A stretch of 50,882 bases of DNA from contig NC_057750.1 in the NCBI RefSeq assembly GCF_004010195.1, forward strand, positions 891,115-941,996. The letters are read 5' to 3'. Numbering within the stretch: the first letter of the stretch is position 1; each line of letters begins with the position of its first letter. A program made the translations under genes and the position numbers. The notes beneath the pieces were generated by a model that saw only the letters and a program-made list of their open reading frames with translations, ran no database searches and had not been told where the DNA came from. This stretch comes from Chiloscyllium plagiosum (Eukaryota). Below, in pieces: positions 23,409-34,669 of the stretch.

Positions 23409-23409
23409 A

Positions 23410-23745
23410 TTGTAACAGGACTTGACAGGTCAGCTATAGGAAGGATGTTCCTAATGTTGGGTGAGTCCAGAACCAGGGGTTTAAAGATAAGGGGTAAACC
23501 TTTTAGCCCTGAGGTGAAGGAAATGTCTTCACCCAGAAAGAGGTGAGAGCCTGCAGAACTCCCTACCATAGAAAGTGATTGAGGCCAAAACATTATGTGT
23601 TTTCCAGAAGGAGGTAAATGTAACTCGTGTGTCTAAAGGGAATGGAGGAGCAAGTGGGAACGGGGAACGGAGCCACAATCAGACCCAATGGTGGGGTAGG
23701 CTTCAAGGGTCAAATGGCCTCTTCCTGCTCCTAGTTTCCACGCTT
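23410..23745 (+). mobile_element. Old CR1 3' fragment
   Basis: RMFLMLGESRTRGLKIRGKPF motif plus 3' UTR. Confidence 0.75.
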
Positions 23746-24989
23746 CATGTACGTAATTTAAATTTCAGCCCCCTGAGCTCTCATCCTGCAGATAAGAAAA
23801 CCCAGAAATCATTTCGGCTCTTTGATTACATCTCAAACTGTTTGTGATATTTTTAATGATCTTTCTGAGTGGACACTCCTCCCTTCCCTCCCGAAATCTC
23901 TTTGTTCCTCTATTCCAGTTTTACATAATTTAGAAACTTCCTTTTTGCGATGAAACGGATGGAGTCACGTTTGCCAACAGTGAATCCCATTCATCACGGT
24001 TTTGTCCATTCAGCTTTTCCATCTCGATCTCTTTGGAACTCTGGGATCTATCTGGGAGTTGGGGCCTTGATGCTGCTGATCCAGGACCCCAGGCCGAGCT
24101 CAGGTCACCGTGACCCTGGATTACAGTGCCCTGATATACCCCAACAATCACAGGTACGGGGTTTACCATTGCACTGCCTCGAGAACAGACACAGGTTTGT
24201 GTCATTGCCAGGAAGAAGCAGAGTCCCAGAAAAGATGGACAGAAGAGACAATGAAAGGTAAATAAACAAGCAGTCAAAGAGGGAGAGAGCGCGGTCCACC
24301 CACTTATGAAAAACTACAGGACGATCCAACATTATTTAATGTTGAATCTGAGGCAGGAACAATGAAGTTGAAAGTAATCTGTGCAGCATTGTGAGCTAAG
24401 TGGCACTTTGATTACAAATCAAGCCTCAATTTATATTGAATGCCAACAAGCAAAATGGTCCTTCAGATCTCTGATCTGTGCCCATTAGACTGTTATCGTC
24501 AACCACATGCTGAGTTAAATAAAAACAAAACAAACGGCCTTCAACTGAATCTCTTAGTGAGATGGTAGGGTACAATCAAACAGTATTAATTTTTTAGCAT
24601 GTGTTCATAATACAAAGTGCTTTTGCGTATTTGAAGGGTGACTCACAACGGAACAAGATTCCTGTGTGGAATGCAATCAAGGAAGCATTGGGATTCCAAC
24701 TAAAACCGAAATCCAGACTTATCAGCACTCGAAGCTCATTCTCCAAGCTACATTCACGGCCAGCTCATGTTTATAAAATCAGATTTCAAATTATGCAGAA
24801 GGGACTGGACTTTCAGAGAGAATGTGTCAGCAAACTCCTAATGAGATGCTTTTTTATTTATTGGGTGTGTTCATCGTCAGTTCACAGCTTTTTAAGGAGA
24901 CTGCTGACTGGTTGCAGTGAGACGGTGAAAATATGCAACCGGACAGTTAGTATTTTACTCCTCGTGTTCCAGCATCCAGCACCCACCCC

Positions 24990-25147
24990 TGATAACCTTT
25001 GACACCCTCCACATAACTAGAATCTATGCTCCTCTACCTTCAAAATATTCAGTGACCCTCTCCTCCACCGTATTTTGAGGCAGAGAGTTCCTAACTCACA
25101 CAACTCCCTGAGAGAAGAAAATCAAAACTTTAAAGGGTGTTCCCCTC
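24990..25147 (-). mobile_element. Old CR1 3' fragment (host of the 25148 insert)
   Basis: GGCAGAGAGTTCC..CACAACTCCCTGAGAGAAGAAA is the reverse of FFSQ(G/R)VV..WNSLP. Confidence 0.65.
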
Positions 25148-25351
25148 GATCTGAAACAAAACCAGAAAGTGCTGGAGAATCTCAGCAGCTCTGCAGGATC
25201 TGTGGAGAGAAAGTCGAGTCAATGTTTCGTGTCCAGTGAACCTTCTTCAGACCTGGCCACTGGCCTCAAAGTATTAACTCTGCTTTCTTTCTCCACAGAT
25301 ACTGCCAGAGCTGCCGAGTTTCTCCAGCACTTTCTGGTTTTGTTTCAGATC
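25148..25351. mobile_element. Family B fold-back PLE insert
   Basis: Outer 32 bp are a perfect inverted repeat (25148-25179 versus 25320-25351); minus-strand CTGAAGA...GAAAC core at about 25224-25250. Confidence 0.85.
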
Positions 25352-25587
25352 AAGAGGATCACCCTTTCAAGATAGAGTTTCGATTTTCTTCACTCAGAGA
25401 GTTGTGTGAATTGGAAACTCTCAGTGCCCATGGTTCTTTATTTATTTAACCCATTGGATTGGTTTGGGTCTGTTACAGACGTAAAATTCCACAATGAGAG
25501 TAAGAATCCCCTCTGTTCCTGCCCCCTAGTTTTGGGCTGACCCACAAGAGGAAAAATCCTTTCAGTTGATTTCTGGGGAAGGGGTCA

Positions 25588-26975
25588 ATCATAGAACAAA
25601 GAACAAAGAAAATTTACAGCCCAGGAACAGGCCCTTCAGCCCTCCAAGCCTGAGCCGATCCAAATCCACTGTCTAAACCTGTTGGTCAATTCCTAAGCAT
25701 CGGTATTCCTCTGCTCCCCACCGACACATGCATCTGTCCAGACGCATCTTAAATGAATCTACCGTGCCTGCCTCTACCACCTCTGCTGGCAACGCATTCC
25801 AAATGCCAACCACCCTCTCTGTGAAGTACTTGCAGCGTGTATCCCCCTTAAACTTTCCACCTCTCACCTTGAAAGCGTGACCTCTTGTTATTGAGTCCTT
25901 CACCCTGGGAAAAAACGTATCACCTATCTACCCTGTCTATACCTTTCATGATTTTATTACCCTCAATTAAGTCCCTCCTCAATCTCCTTTTTTCTAATGA
26001 AAATAAACCTAACCTACTCAACCTCTCTTCATAGCTAGCACCTTCCATACCAGGCAACATCCTCGTAAACCTTCTCTACACCCTCTCCAAAGCGTCCACA
26101 TCCTTTTGGTAATGTGGCGACCAGAACTGTACACAGTATTCGAAATGCGGCCGAACCAATGTCTTGTACAATTTTAACATGACTTGCCAGCTCTTATACT
26201 CAATACCCCGTCCGATGAAGGCAAGCATACCATATGCCTTCTTGACCACTCTATCCACCTGTGCAGCAATCTTCAGGGTACAATGGACCTGCACTCCTAG
26301 ATCTCTCTGCCCATCAACTGCTCCCAAGGCTCTTCAGTTCATTGTATAATTTGCTCTAGAATTAGACTTGCCTAAATCCATCATCTCACATTTTTCTGGA
26401 TTGAAAACCATCAGCCATTTTTCCGCCCAACTCTCCAGTCTATCTATATCCTCCTGTATTCTCTGACAGTCCCCTATGCTTTCTGCTACTCCACCAATCT
26501 TTGTGTCATCTGCAAACTTGCTGATCGTACCAATAGTGCCCTCTTCCAGATTATTTATGTATATCACAAATAACAGTGGCCCCAGCACTGATCCCTGTGG
26601 AACACCACTGGTCACCTTTCTCCATTTCGAGAAACTCCCTTCAACTACTACTCTCTGTCTCCTGTTCCTCAACCAGTTCTTTATCCACCTAGCTAGAACA
26701 CCCTGCACACCACGTGGCTTCACTTTCTCCATTAGTCTATAATGGGGAACCTTATCAAATGCCTTACTAAAGTCCATGTATATGACATCAACAGCCCTTC
26801 CTTCATCTATCAATTTAGTCACTTACTCGAAGTTGGTAAGGCACGATCTCCCCCGCACAAAACCATGTTGCCTATCACTGACAAGCCCATTCTTTCCTAA
26901 ATATAAATAGATACTATCCTATTCTCCAGCAACTTTCCCACCACCGAGGTCCGGCTCACTGGTCTGTAGTTACCC
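25588..26975 (-). mobile_element. CR1/HER1-type LINE, about 1.4-kb 3' part with RT domain (pseudogenised)
   Basis: DFSKAFDKVPH, GVPQGSVLGPLLF, KFADDTK and LVRPHFEYCVQFWSP in ORFs 26334-26822, 26076-26327 and 25673-25903; frameshifts; TTCTTTG-repeat tail. Confidence 0.95.
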
Positions 26976-27009
26976 AGATTAGCTCTCTTTCTTGGTACAC
27001 TCTGAAGAT

Positions 27010-27130
27010 GAGGTTTGAACCCCAGCTGTTGTGACTTAGAGGCAAATGCACTACCACTGGACCATCACCCCACTGGACTATCACCCCACTGGACCATCAC
27101 CCCACTGGACCATCACTCGACCATTACCCC
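27010..27130 (-). repeat. tRNA-like SINE head whose A-box end is amplified as a 16-bp tandem repeat x4
   Basis: Minus-strand B box GGTTCAAACC near 27012-27021; unit CCACTGGACCATCACC repeated from 27054. Confidence 0.65.
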
Positions 27131-27149
27131 ACATTCTGCACCAGCCAGA

Positions 27150-27530
27150 AAACAAGCAATCTCGCAAACTGAAAATTCTCAGCCTTGTTTTCAAATCCCT
27201 GTGTGAATTTGTCACTCCATATCTCGATAACCTCATCCATCCCAAAGTCCTTGGAGATCTCTACACCCTCTAACCCTGACCTCTTTTGCGTCCTTGGTTT
27301 TAATCCCTCCCAAGATGACTGTGACTTTAGCTGCTGGAATCTGAGCTCTGAAATTGCTTTCTCAATTCTCTCTGTCTGTACCTCAAAGACAACCATTAAC
27401 ACTGATTTCTTTAACCAACGTTATCTGATCTAATATTTTTTTAAAGCGGCTCAGTGCCATGTTGTACAATATAATGACCCTGTAAAGCATCTTGGGATGT
27501 TGAATTAGGTTAAAGATGTGATAGAAATAG
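27150..27530 (+). mobile_element. L2-clade LINE 3' end
   Basis: KILSLVFKSLCEFVTPYLDNL is the L2 ORF2 C-terminal motif; tail CCTGTAAAGCATCTTGGGATG...GTTAAAGATGTGATAGAAAT. Confidence 0.7.
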
Positions 27531-27533
27531 CAG

Positions 27534-27670
27534 ATCTGAGGAAGGGTCACTCAACCCAGAACAGCAACTCTGATTTATCTCTGCAGTTGCTGCCAAGACC
27601 TGCTGAGCTTTTCCAGAAATTTCTGTTTCTGGTCCTGATTTACAGCATCTGCAGCTCTTTCAGTTTTTAT
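27534..27670 (+). mobile_element. Family B PLE insert
   Basis: Starts at TCTGAGGAAGGGTCACTCAACCC; colinear with the right arm of 20115-20250. Confidence 0.7.
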
Positions 27671-29120
27671 ATAAAGGTCAGGTATTGTTGACAGAGATAC
27701 ACACACAATGTGTTGTACATGAGGTGAAATTGCATTGAATTTTACAGCACAGAACAGGCCACTCAGCCTGAGATTCTATCCACATAATACACTTCCCAAC
27801 CTTTTCACACCATCCAATCAGTACATCTTTCTGTTGCTATGTCCCTCAAGTGTAACGTCATTTTAAATGCATCAGTAATGTTCACAGCGTGTGCACATTC
27901 CTGTTTCTCTTGGTTTAGGATATAGGTCAGACGCTGTGCAAATGCTGGAACAATATCAATGAAAGTAAGGTTCAGGACCCAGAGTGAAGTTGGACAGACC
28001 TTAGAGTAAAGACAGCCTGACAAAGACAGCTTCACATTTTCCTGCAATGAGATTTGGATCGAGTCCAGTTTTTGTGCATCACTGTATCTGTGGGGACAAG
28101 TCGATTAAGTTCAGGACTGATGCCAGTTAAAATCTCAATTATTAAAATTATCCAAACAATTTCCATGAACTACTTTATACCCAATAGTATCATGTGAAGT
28201 GTGGAGATGGTGAGAAACAGCTGCTGCTTCTTTGCTCAGTGAAGGCACAGATCTCATTACAGAACGAAGACTTGCTGAAGCACTCTTTGTAAAACACTGG
28301 AGACCTTTCCTTTCCATTTGCTGTTTTCTTATCTGCCTTGAATAACATTAAAACTTTGCCTAATTGTTTAATATTGCAACATATTCACTGCAAAAACACA
28401 ACTGGTTCATATTGATCTAATTAGTGAGCCAACGATTTCATACTCACACACCCCAGTCCCTGCACTTTCCACCATTAGATCCCAGCTTGTCCTTGCAATA
28501 ATTGGTAGAAAATAAATTTTCTCCTCTCAGCTGAAGAATATATCCTAAAAATAGAATCTGTTATGCAATAATTTATTTAAAGCCATTTGATTGTTACTTC
28601 AGTGGAAGAAAAGCCATAAAAAAACTAAACTTCATCAACACTTTTAAAGTAGATTCTCCCCTACCCACTCACCCACCTTCTCTCTAAACACCTCAATCCA
28701 TCCACTATCAATGTCCCTCAATCCCACACACCTCCCAAAATCCTGTAAATACACTTATCCACCTTCTCCTTACATCCCTCAAACCCATCAAGCAACCTTC
28801 TGCTCAAACCCGATCACCCTCCCTCCGTATCTCTCCTCTCGGTGAAGATATGACATGCTGCCCTGTGGAAATATTGCTCTATTCAATCACCTTCCTGAGG
28901 GTCTGTCTGAACGTCTTAGTACCTTCCTGCCCCAGTGCATCAGCATGCTCACGTCCAATCTCACTGCATTGTCTCTTGTTTGATCTCATTGGTCAACATT
29001 TCCATTCCCATAGGCCACTGGGAAAATTCCTGGCTGCACAAGCCCAGTCCCAGGGAGTCCTCTGGAAACTGGACCTTTGTCCTGAGAAGTGAATGTCAGG
29101 ATCACCACCCTCAGGAAGAG

Positions 29121-29261
29121 GTTTGGAGGGGATATTGGGAGCTTTAAGGGAATTGGAGGGGGTATAGGAGCTAGAAGGGGTTTGAAGGGGGTATTAGGAA
29201 ATGGAAGGCGATTGGAGGGGGTATTGGGAGCTGGATGGGGTTTGGAGGAGGGATTGGGAGC
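29121..29261. repeat. G-rich, about 30-bp minisatellite x about 5
   Basis: Units like TTTGGAGGGGGTATTGGGAGCTGGATGGGG. Confidence 0.8.
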
Positions 29262-29357
29262 AGGCTTGCATCAACAGGGAGAAATAGCACAGCCTGACTT
29301 GTTTTCTGCTGTAGACAATTTCTCTGAATGCAGAGACCAGGACATTGAGAAGCCTTG

Positions 29358-29467
29358 AGGTAAAAACAATGACTGCAGATGCTGGAAACCAGATTCTGGA
29401 TTAGTGGTGCTGGAAGAGCACAGCAATTCAGGCAGCATCCAAGGTCAGGCAAAATCGACGTTTCGGA
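29358..29467 (-). mobile_element. Family A PLE 3' terminus, truncated in HHR stem II
   Basis: AGGTAAAAACAATGACTGCAGATGCTGGAAACCAGATTCTGG...TCGACGTTTCGG. Confidence 0.8.
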
Positions 29468-29469
29468 CG

Positions 29470-30242
29470 TGTCCATGAGATCTAACCTTGCTGACCAGTC
29501 TACCATGAGGAACGTTGTCGAACGTCTTACTGAAGTCCACCTAGATTATGGCTATCGCTCTGCTCTCATCAATCCTCTTTGTTACTTCTTCAAAAAACTT
29601 AATGAAGTTTGTGAGACATGATTTCCCATGGACAAAGCCATGCTGACTATTTCTAATCAGTCCTTGCTTTTCCAAATATGTGTAAATCCTATCCCTCAGG
29701 ATTCCTTCCAACAACTTGTCCACCACTGATTTCAGGCTCACTGATCTATAGTTCCATGGCTTTTCCTTTCCACCTTTGGCATCACGTTAGCCAACCTCTA
29801 GTCTTCCGACACCTCACTTGTGACTATTGATGATGCAAATATCTGAGCAAGAGGCCCAGTAATCACTTCTCTAGCTTCCCACAGAGTTCTAGGGTACATG
29901 TGATCAGGTCCTGGGGATTTATCCAATTTTATGTGTTTCAAGACATCCAGCACCATCTCTTCTGTAATATGGACTTTTTTTCAAGATGTCACCATCTACT
30001 TCCCCACACTCTATACCTTCCATGTCCTTCTGCACAGTACACCCTGATGCAAAATACTTGTTTAGTATTTCCCCCTATCTCCTGTAGTTCCTCACCTAGG
30101 CTGTCATGCTGATCTTTGAGGGGCCTTATTCTCTTCTTAGTTACCCTTTTGTCCTTTAATGTGTTTATAAAATCCCTTTGAATTCTCCTTAACCCTATTT
30201 GCCAAAGCTATTTCATGTCTTTTTGCCCTCCTGATTTCCCTA
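29470..30242 (-). mobile_element. CR1 LINE internal fragment (pre-RT and RT start)
   Basis: KLLEGILRDRIYTYLEKQGLIRNSQHGFVHGKSCLTNFIKFFEEVT. Confidence 0.9.
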
Positions 30243-30566
30243 AGATGTCATGTGATGATTCATCATCTACCTATAATAAGTAATGCATACAAATGTATGG
30301 GAGAAACTTTCTTCAGGTGATCTACATTTTATGCGTGTTTTCTTTCCTTTTTTTTAGAAACGAAAGTGTCTTGCTTCCAGTTAGAAAAACAAAACTTACT
30401 TGCAAATCATATTTAGTGCAGTTGAGGAAGATTTATTTGTGTTAGACAGCTAACCTAGTATGGCCCCATTTTAAGCAGAGGGTGACTCTGAAAATCAATT
30501 TGAAGACGTCTGATTTGTAGAATCTAAAATAATTGTTTCAGTATAGAAGTGGGCCATACAGCTTGT

Positions 30567-30980
30567 TATAGAGTCATACCGCATGGAAATAGACTGTTCG
30601 GTTCAACTCATCCATGCCGACCAGACATCCTAGTTTGGCGTAGTCCAATATTGTCCATATCCTTCTCAACCCTTCCTATTCATTAACCCATCCAGATGAC
30701 TTTCAAACGTTGTAATCGTCGCCGCCTTCAACATTTCTTCTGGTAGCCTGTTTCATACACGCACCAGCCTCTTTATGAAAGGTTATCTCTCGAGTCCTTT
30801 TTAAATCTTTCCCCTCTCATCTTAAACCTATATCCTCTAGTTTTGGGTTCCCCCAACCTGGGAAAAAGACTTTGGCTGAAAAAGATGCCTTCTTCACCAC
30901 CCTGCCTACTTGCAACTCCACTTTGAACGAACTATGCACCTACACTGCTAGGTCTGTTTACTTGGCAACATTTTCCATGG
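30567..30980 (-). mobile_element. CR1/HER1-type LINE 3' fragment with internal deletion
   Basis: Tail ATAGAGTCATAC..CATGGAAA; homologous to 16638-17285. Confidence 0.8.
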
Positions 30981-31554
30981 CCCTATCATTGAATGAACAA
31001 GGGAAGAGTAATTCACAAGGCACATAGGATTAATACAGTTTTTCATGGGGGAATAAACATTGGTGTGATTGGTCTGAACTGTTTTATCCATGTTTTTCTG
31101 TAAAACATGCAAAGATGCTTCTTAATAGAGGAGCTAGAATGATGATACTGAGATAAATTACATTATGATTAAGCAAATTGAGTGAAAGAGAAAGTTGATG
31201 AGAAAATAAAGATAATGTACATAAAGTGGTGGAATGTTCTCCTTTTTGAAGTGAAAAAGAACTGAACTCATCCCTAGCTAGGTATGACCAATTTATTTTG
31301 ACTTTCCTTGAATGAAGTAAATAATTTAACAGCTGTTCTGTTCCTACAGTATGTACTTCTAACTTCTTGAAGGGTATAAATAATGGAGCATCAAATGATG
31401 CTTTGTTTCAGTCTGGTTTTTGCTTTAATATTGGATTGATGCGTAATATTTCAAGTTATTTGAATAGTCATTATGGAGTTATTTTACTTTTGGAGGGTGG
31501 AGTATGTTTGCTTGTCATAAAAATACTGTTGACCCAAAATGTTGAAGAAAAATA

Positions 31555-31885
31555 ATTTAGCACATTTTGCAACTTCAGGCTGTCCAATTAAATGCATTTT
31601 ATAGCTAATGAACTTTTGAAGTGTAGTCACTGTTGTGCTGTAAGAAACCAATCTGTACACAGCAAAGTTTCATAAAGAATAATTAAATAAATGACTCGAT
31701 CATCTTTTTTTAGGTGTTAGTTGATGGATAAGTGTTGTCTATTATATGGAAAAAACTAAATATTGCCTTGAGAATTTCTATACTTGTTAGGACCTTGCCA
31801 TAATCCTTAGTCTAAATGATAGCAGTTCTGCCAGTGCTCAGCCTGAAGTGTCAGTTTGATTTGTATGTTGAAGACTCTGGACTTG
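31555..31885 (-). mobile_element. Old Deu-domain-type SINE relic
   Basis: CTTTTGAAGTGTAGTCACTGTTGT..GTAAGAAA...ACACAGCAA and GAAGTGTCAG blocks. Confidence 0.5.
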
Positions 31886-32024
31886 TGTTGTAACACACTT
31901 GTTGTGTATGCCAAATATGCAGTAACTTGTGTTTTGCAGTGAGTAAAGTTATCAACCAAGGATACCTGGGTTACTGATAATAGCAGCGTTGTCATGTTTA
32001 CACTTAGCACTAGTTTATAGTTAG

Positions 32025-32750
32025 TGAATATTTTTGAAAAGGTTTGTAGCTCAGGTTGATAAGTATGTAAGTTAGCTTGCTGAGCTTGAAGGTTTATTTT
32101 CAGATGTTTCGTCACCATACGAGGTAACATCATCAGTAAGAGTCTCTGATGAAGTGCTGGTAGCATGTCCTGCTCTCTATTTATAGGTCTTGGTTTCTTA
32201 AGGTGGGTGATGTCATTTCTGGTTCTTTTTGTCGAGGGAAGATAGATAGTGTCTAACTCGATGTGCTTATTGGAGTTTGGTTAGAATGCCATGCCTCTAA
32301 AAATTCTCGTGCATGTCTTTGTTGCGCCTGTCTTAGAATGTGTTGTCCCAGTCAAAGTGGTGTCCTTCTTTGTCTGTATGTATAGAAACTAGTGATAGTG
32401 GCTACTGTCTTTTGGTGGCCAGTTGATGTTCATGTATCCTGGTGGTAAGCTTCCTGCTAGTTTGTCCAATGTAGTGTTTTCTACAGTTCTTGTATGGTAT
32501 CTTGTAAATGATAGTTTTGCTGGTAATATCCAATGGATCCTTTAGGTTCATTAGTCACTATTTTAAGTGTGATAGGTTTGTGGGCTACCATGATGCCAAG
32601 GGGTCTGAGTAGTCAGGAATTCATTTCCTCTGATATGTCTTCGATGTAAGGTAACTTGGCTATAGTTTTTGGTTGCGTTGTGTCTGCTTGTTTGGGTTGG
32701 TTTCTGAGGAATCGGCGGATTGTGTTTATTGGGTACCCATTTTTCTTTGT
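32025..32750 (-). mobile_element. Penelope-like element (Penelope/Poseidon type): RT thumb/GIY-YIG remnant plus 3' pLTR
   Basis: Minus strand encodes KNGYPINTIRRFL, LPYIEDISE and IYKIPYKNCRKHYIGQTSRKLTTRIHEH; colinear with 50267-50882. Confidence 0.9.
32100..32140 (-). ncRNA. Minimal type I HHR in the PLE pLTR (triplet decayed to AUC)
   Basis: TTA-CTGATGA-T-GTTACC-TCGTAT-GGTGAC-GAAAC-ATC-TGA. Confidence 0.7.
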
Positions 32751-32754
32751 AAGA

Positions 32755-33103
32755 GGAACGGTTCAGAGAACACCTCTGGGACACCCGGACCAACCAACCC
32801 AACCACCCTGTGGCTCAACACTTCAACTCCCCCTCCCACTCCACCAAGGACATGCATGTCTTTGGACTCCTCCATCGCCAGACCACAACAACACGACGGT
32901 TGAAGGAAGAGCGCCTCATCTTCCGCCTAGGAACCCTCCAACCACAAGGGATGAACTCAGATTTCTCCAGTTTCCTCATTTCCCCTCCCCCCACCTTGTC
33001 CCAGTCAAATCCCTCGAACTCAGCACCGCCATCCTAACCTGCAATCTTCTTCCTGACCTCTCCGCCCCCCACCCCAGTCTGACCTATCACCCTCACCTTG
33101 ACC
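32755..33103 (+). mobile_element. Penelope-like element (Neptune type), GIY-YIG C-terminal half, running into the gap
   Basis: ERFREHLWDTRTNQPNHPVAQHFNSPSHSTKDMHVFGLLH...RRLKEERLIFRLGTLQPQGMN; uninterrupted frame suggests a young copy. Confidence 0.85.
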
Positions 33104-33763
33104 NNNNNNNNNNNNNNNNNNNNNNNNNNNNNNNNNNNNNNNNNNNNNNNNNNNNNNNNNNNNNNNNNNNNNNNNNNNNNNNNNNNNNNNNNNNNNNNNN
33201 NNNNNNNNNNNNNNNNNNNNNNNNNNNNNNNNNNNNNNNNNNNNNNNNNNNNNNNNNNNNNNNNNNNNNNNNNNNNNNNNNNNNNNNNNNNNNNNNNNNN
33301 NNNNNNNNNNNNNNNNNNNNNNNNNNNNNNNNNNNNNNNNNNNNNNNNNNNNNNNNNNNNNNNNNNNNNNNNNNNNNNNNNNNNNNNNNNNNNNNNNNNN
33401 NNNNNNNNNNNNNNNNNNNNNNNNNNNNNNNNNNNNNNNNNNNNNNNNNNNNNNNNNNNNNNNNNNNNNNNNNNNNNNNNNNNNNNNNNNNNNNNNNNNN
33501 NNNNNNNNNNNNNNNNNNNNNNNNNNNNNNNNNNNNNNNNNNNNNNNNNNNNNNNNNNNNNNNNNNNNNNNNNNNNNNNNNNNNNNNNNNNNNNNNNNNN
33601 NNNNNNNNNNNNNNNNNNNNNNNNNNNNNNNNNNNNNNNNNNNNNNNNNNNNNNNNNNNNNNNNNNNNNNNNNNNNNNNNNNNNNNNNNNNNNNNNNNNN
33701 NNNNNNNNNNNNNNNNNNNNNNNNNNNNNNNNNNNNNNNNNNNNNNNNNNNNNNNNNNNNNNN
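33104..33763. other. Assembly gap (660 N)
   Basis: Run of N. Confidence 1.
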
Positions 33764-33892
33764 CAGCACACACACCATCCCGTGCCCAACACACATCCTC
33801 CCCAACACACACACACACCCTCCCCAATACACACACCATCTCCTCCCCAAAACACACCCTCCTCAGCACACACACACATCCTCCCCAACACA
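33764..33892. repeat. C/A-rich low-complexity repeat
   Basis: Degenerate CACACAC...TCCTCCCCAA units. Confidence 0.8.
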
Positions 33893-34669
33893 GTCACTTA
33901 CCACCCCGTTCCTGACAGGGCCTGAAACTCCCCGAAAATGTATAAAATTTCAATCCATTGTTTTTCCAGGACGTCATACCAGGGAAGTCTCCAGCCGCAG
34001 TATATCCTTCCTTCTGCTGTCTGGGTGCCCCCAGCAGTTATTCATTGACATATCACTGTACCATTCTGTATCATTTGCTGTGTTGATGATCAGCTCAGTA
34101 GGCAACAGCCCTTCACCTGGTTTCTCAATAAAAAAAGAATTAAACCACAAATCATCTCTTCTATAAGGTTGAAAGAGATAATTATAACTTAAATATTGAA
34201 ATTAAATGCTCCATTACTCATGATGTTCAAGCAATTTCTGGAGTTATTTGGCAATTGAAGTTTATCATTTGTGTGTGCGCTGTTTCATTCCCCCAATGGC
34301 TGAGGCGTGATGAAGGACCCTTCTTCTCAATCTCTCCTTTTGCATGGGGCGTAGTCTCCCTCAGATTCAGCTCAGCACCAGTCATGTCTCTCTCTCTCTC
34401 GGATGAAAGAGCAGCCCTCTGGGACTATGGTGAATTTACCTTTACTAACAGTGTACATATTTTGGTATCAAAATATCAATAGACATCAATGGAACAAGTG
34501 AGTTCGGTGCTCATCGATGTCTTTTTTCAGACTGACAGAGAATGTGCTCTAATGGTGAGTTGTACATTTAAATAGCAGCAATTTCTTTGTCAATGCTAAT
34601 CAAAGTGATGTGAAAAACTTTACTGAGTTCCTTTGGGGGATGTGGGTGTCATTGGCTGGGTCCATCACG

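Noticed and set aside
25148..25351. DNA-transposon MITE with terminal inverted repeats
   Set aside because: The arms are copies of an HHR-bearing family that also occurs as monomers with variable ends; no superfamily-type TIR or fixed TSD.
30335..30450. Strong plus-strand splice acceptor (TTTCTTTCCTTTTTTTTAG)
   Set aside because: All three frames stop within about 30 codons and there is no convincing donor.
32656..33925. Long ORFs of 260-419 aa in the ORF track
   Set aside because: They are open only because they cross the 660-N gap.
33960..34135. Exon (minus: EGLLPTELIINTANDTEW...; or plus-strand terminal exon with AATAAA)
   Set aside because: Plausible splice signals exist on both strands, the minus-strand acceptor is weak, and no peptide is recognised; unsupported without RNA data.
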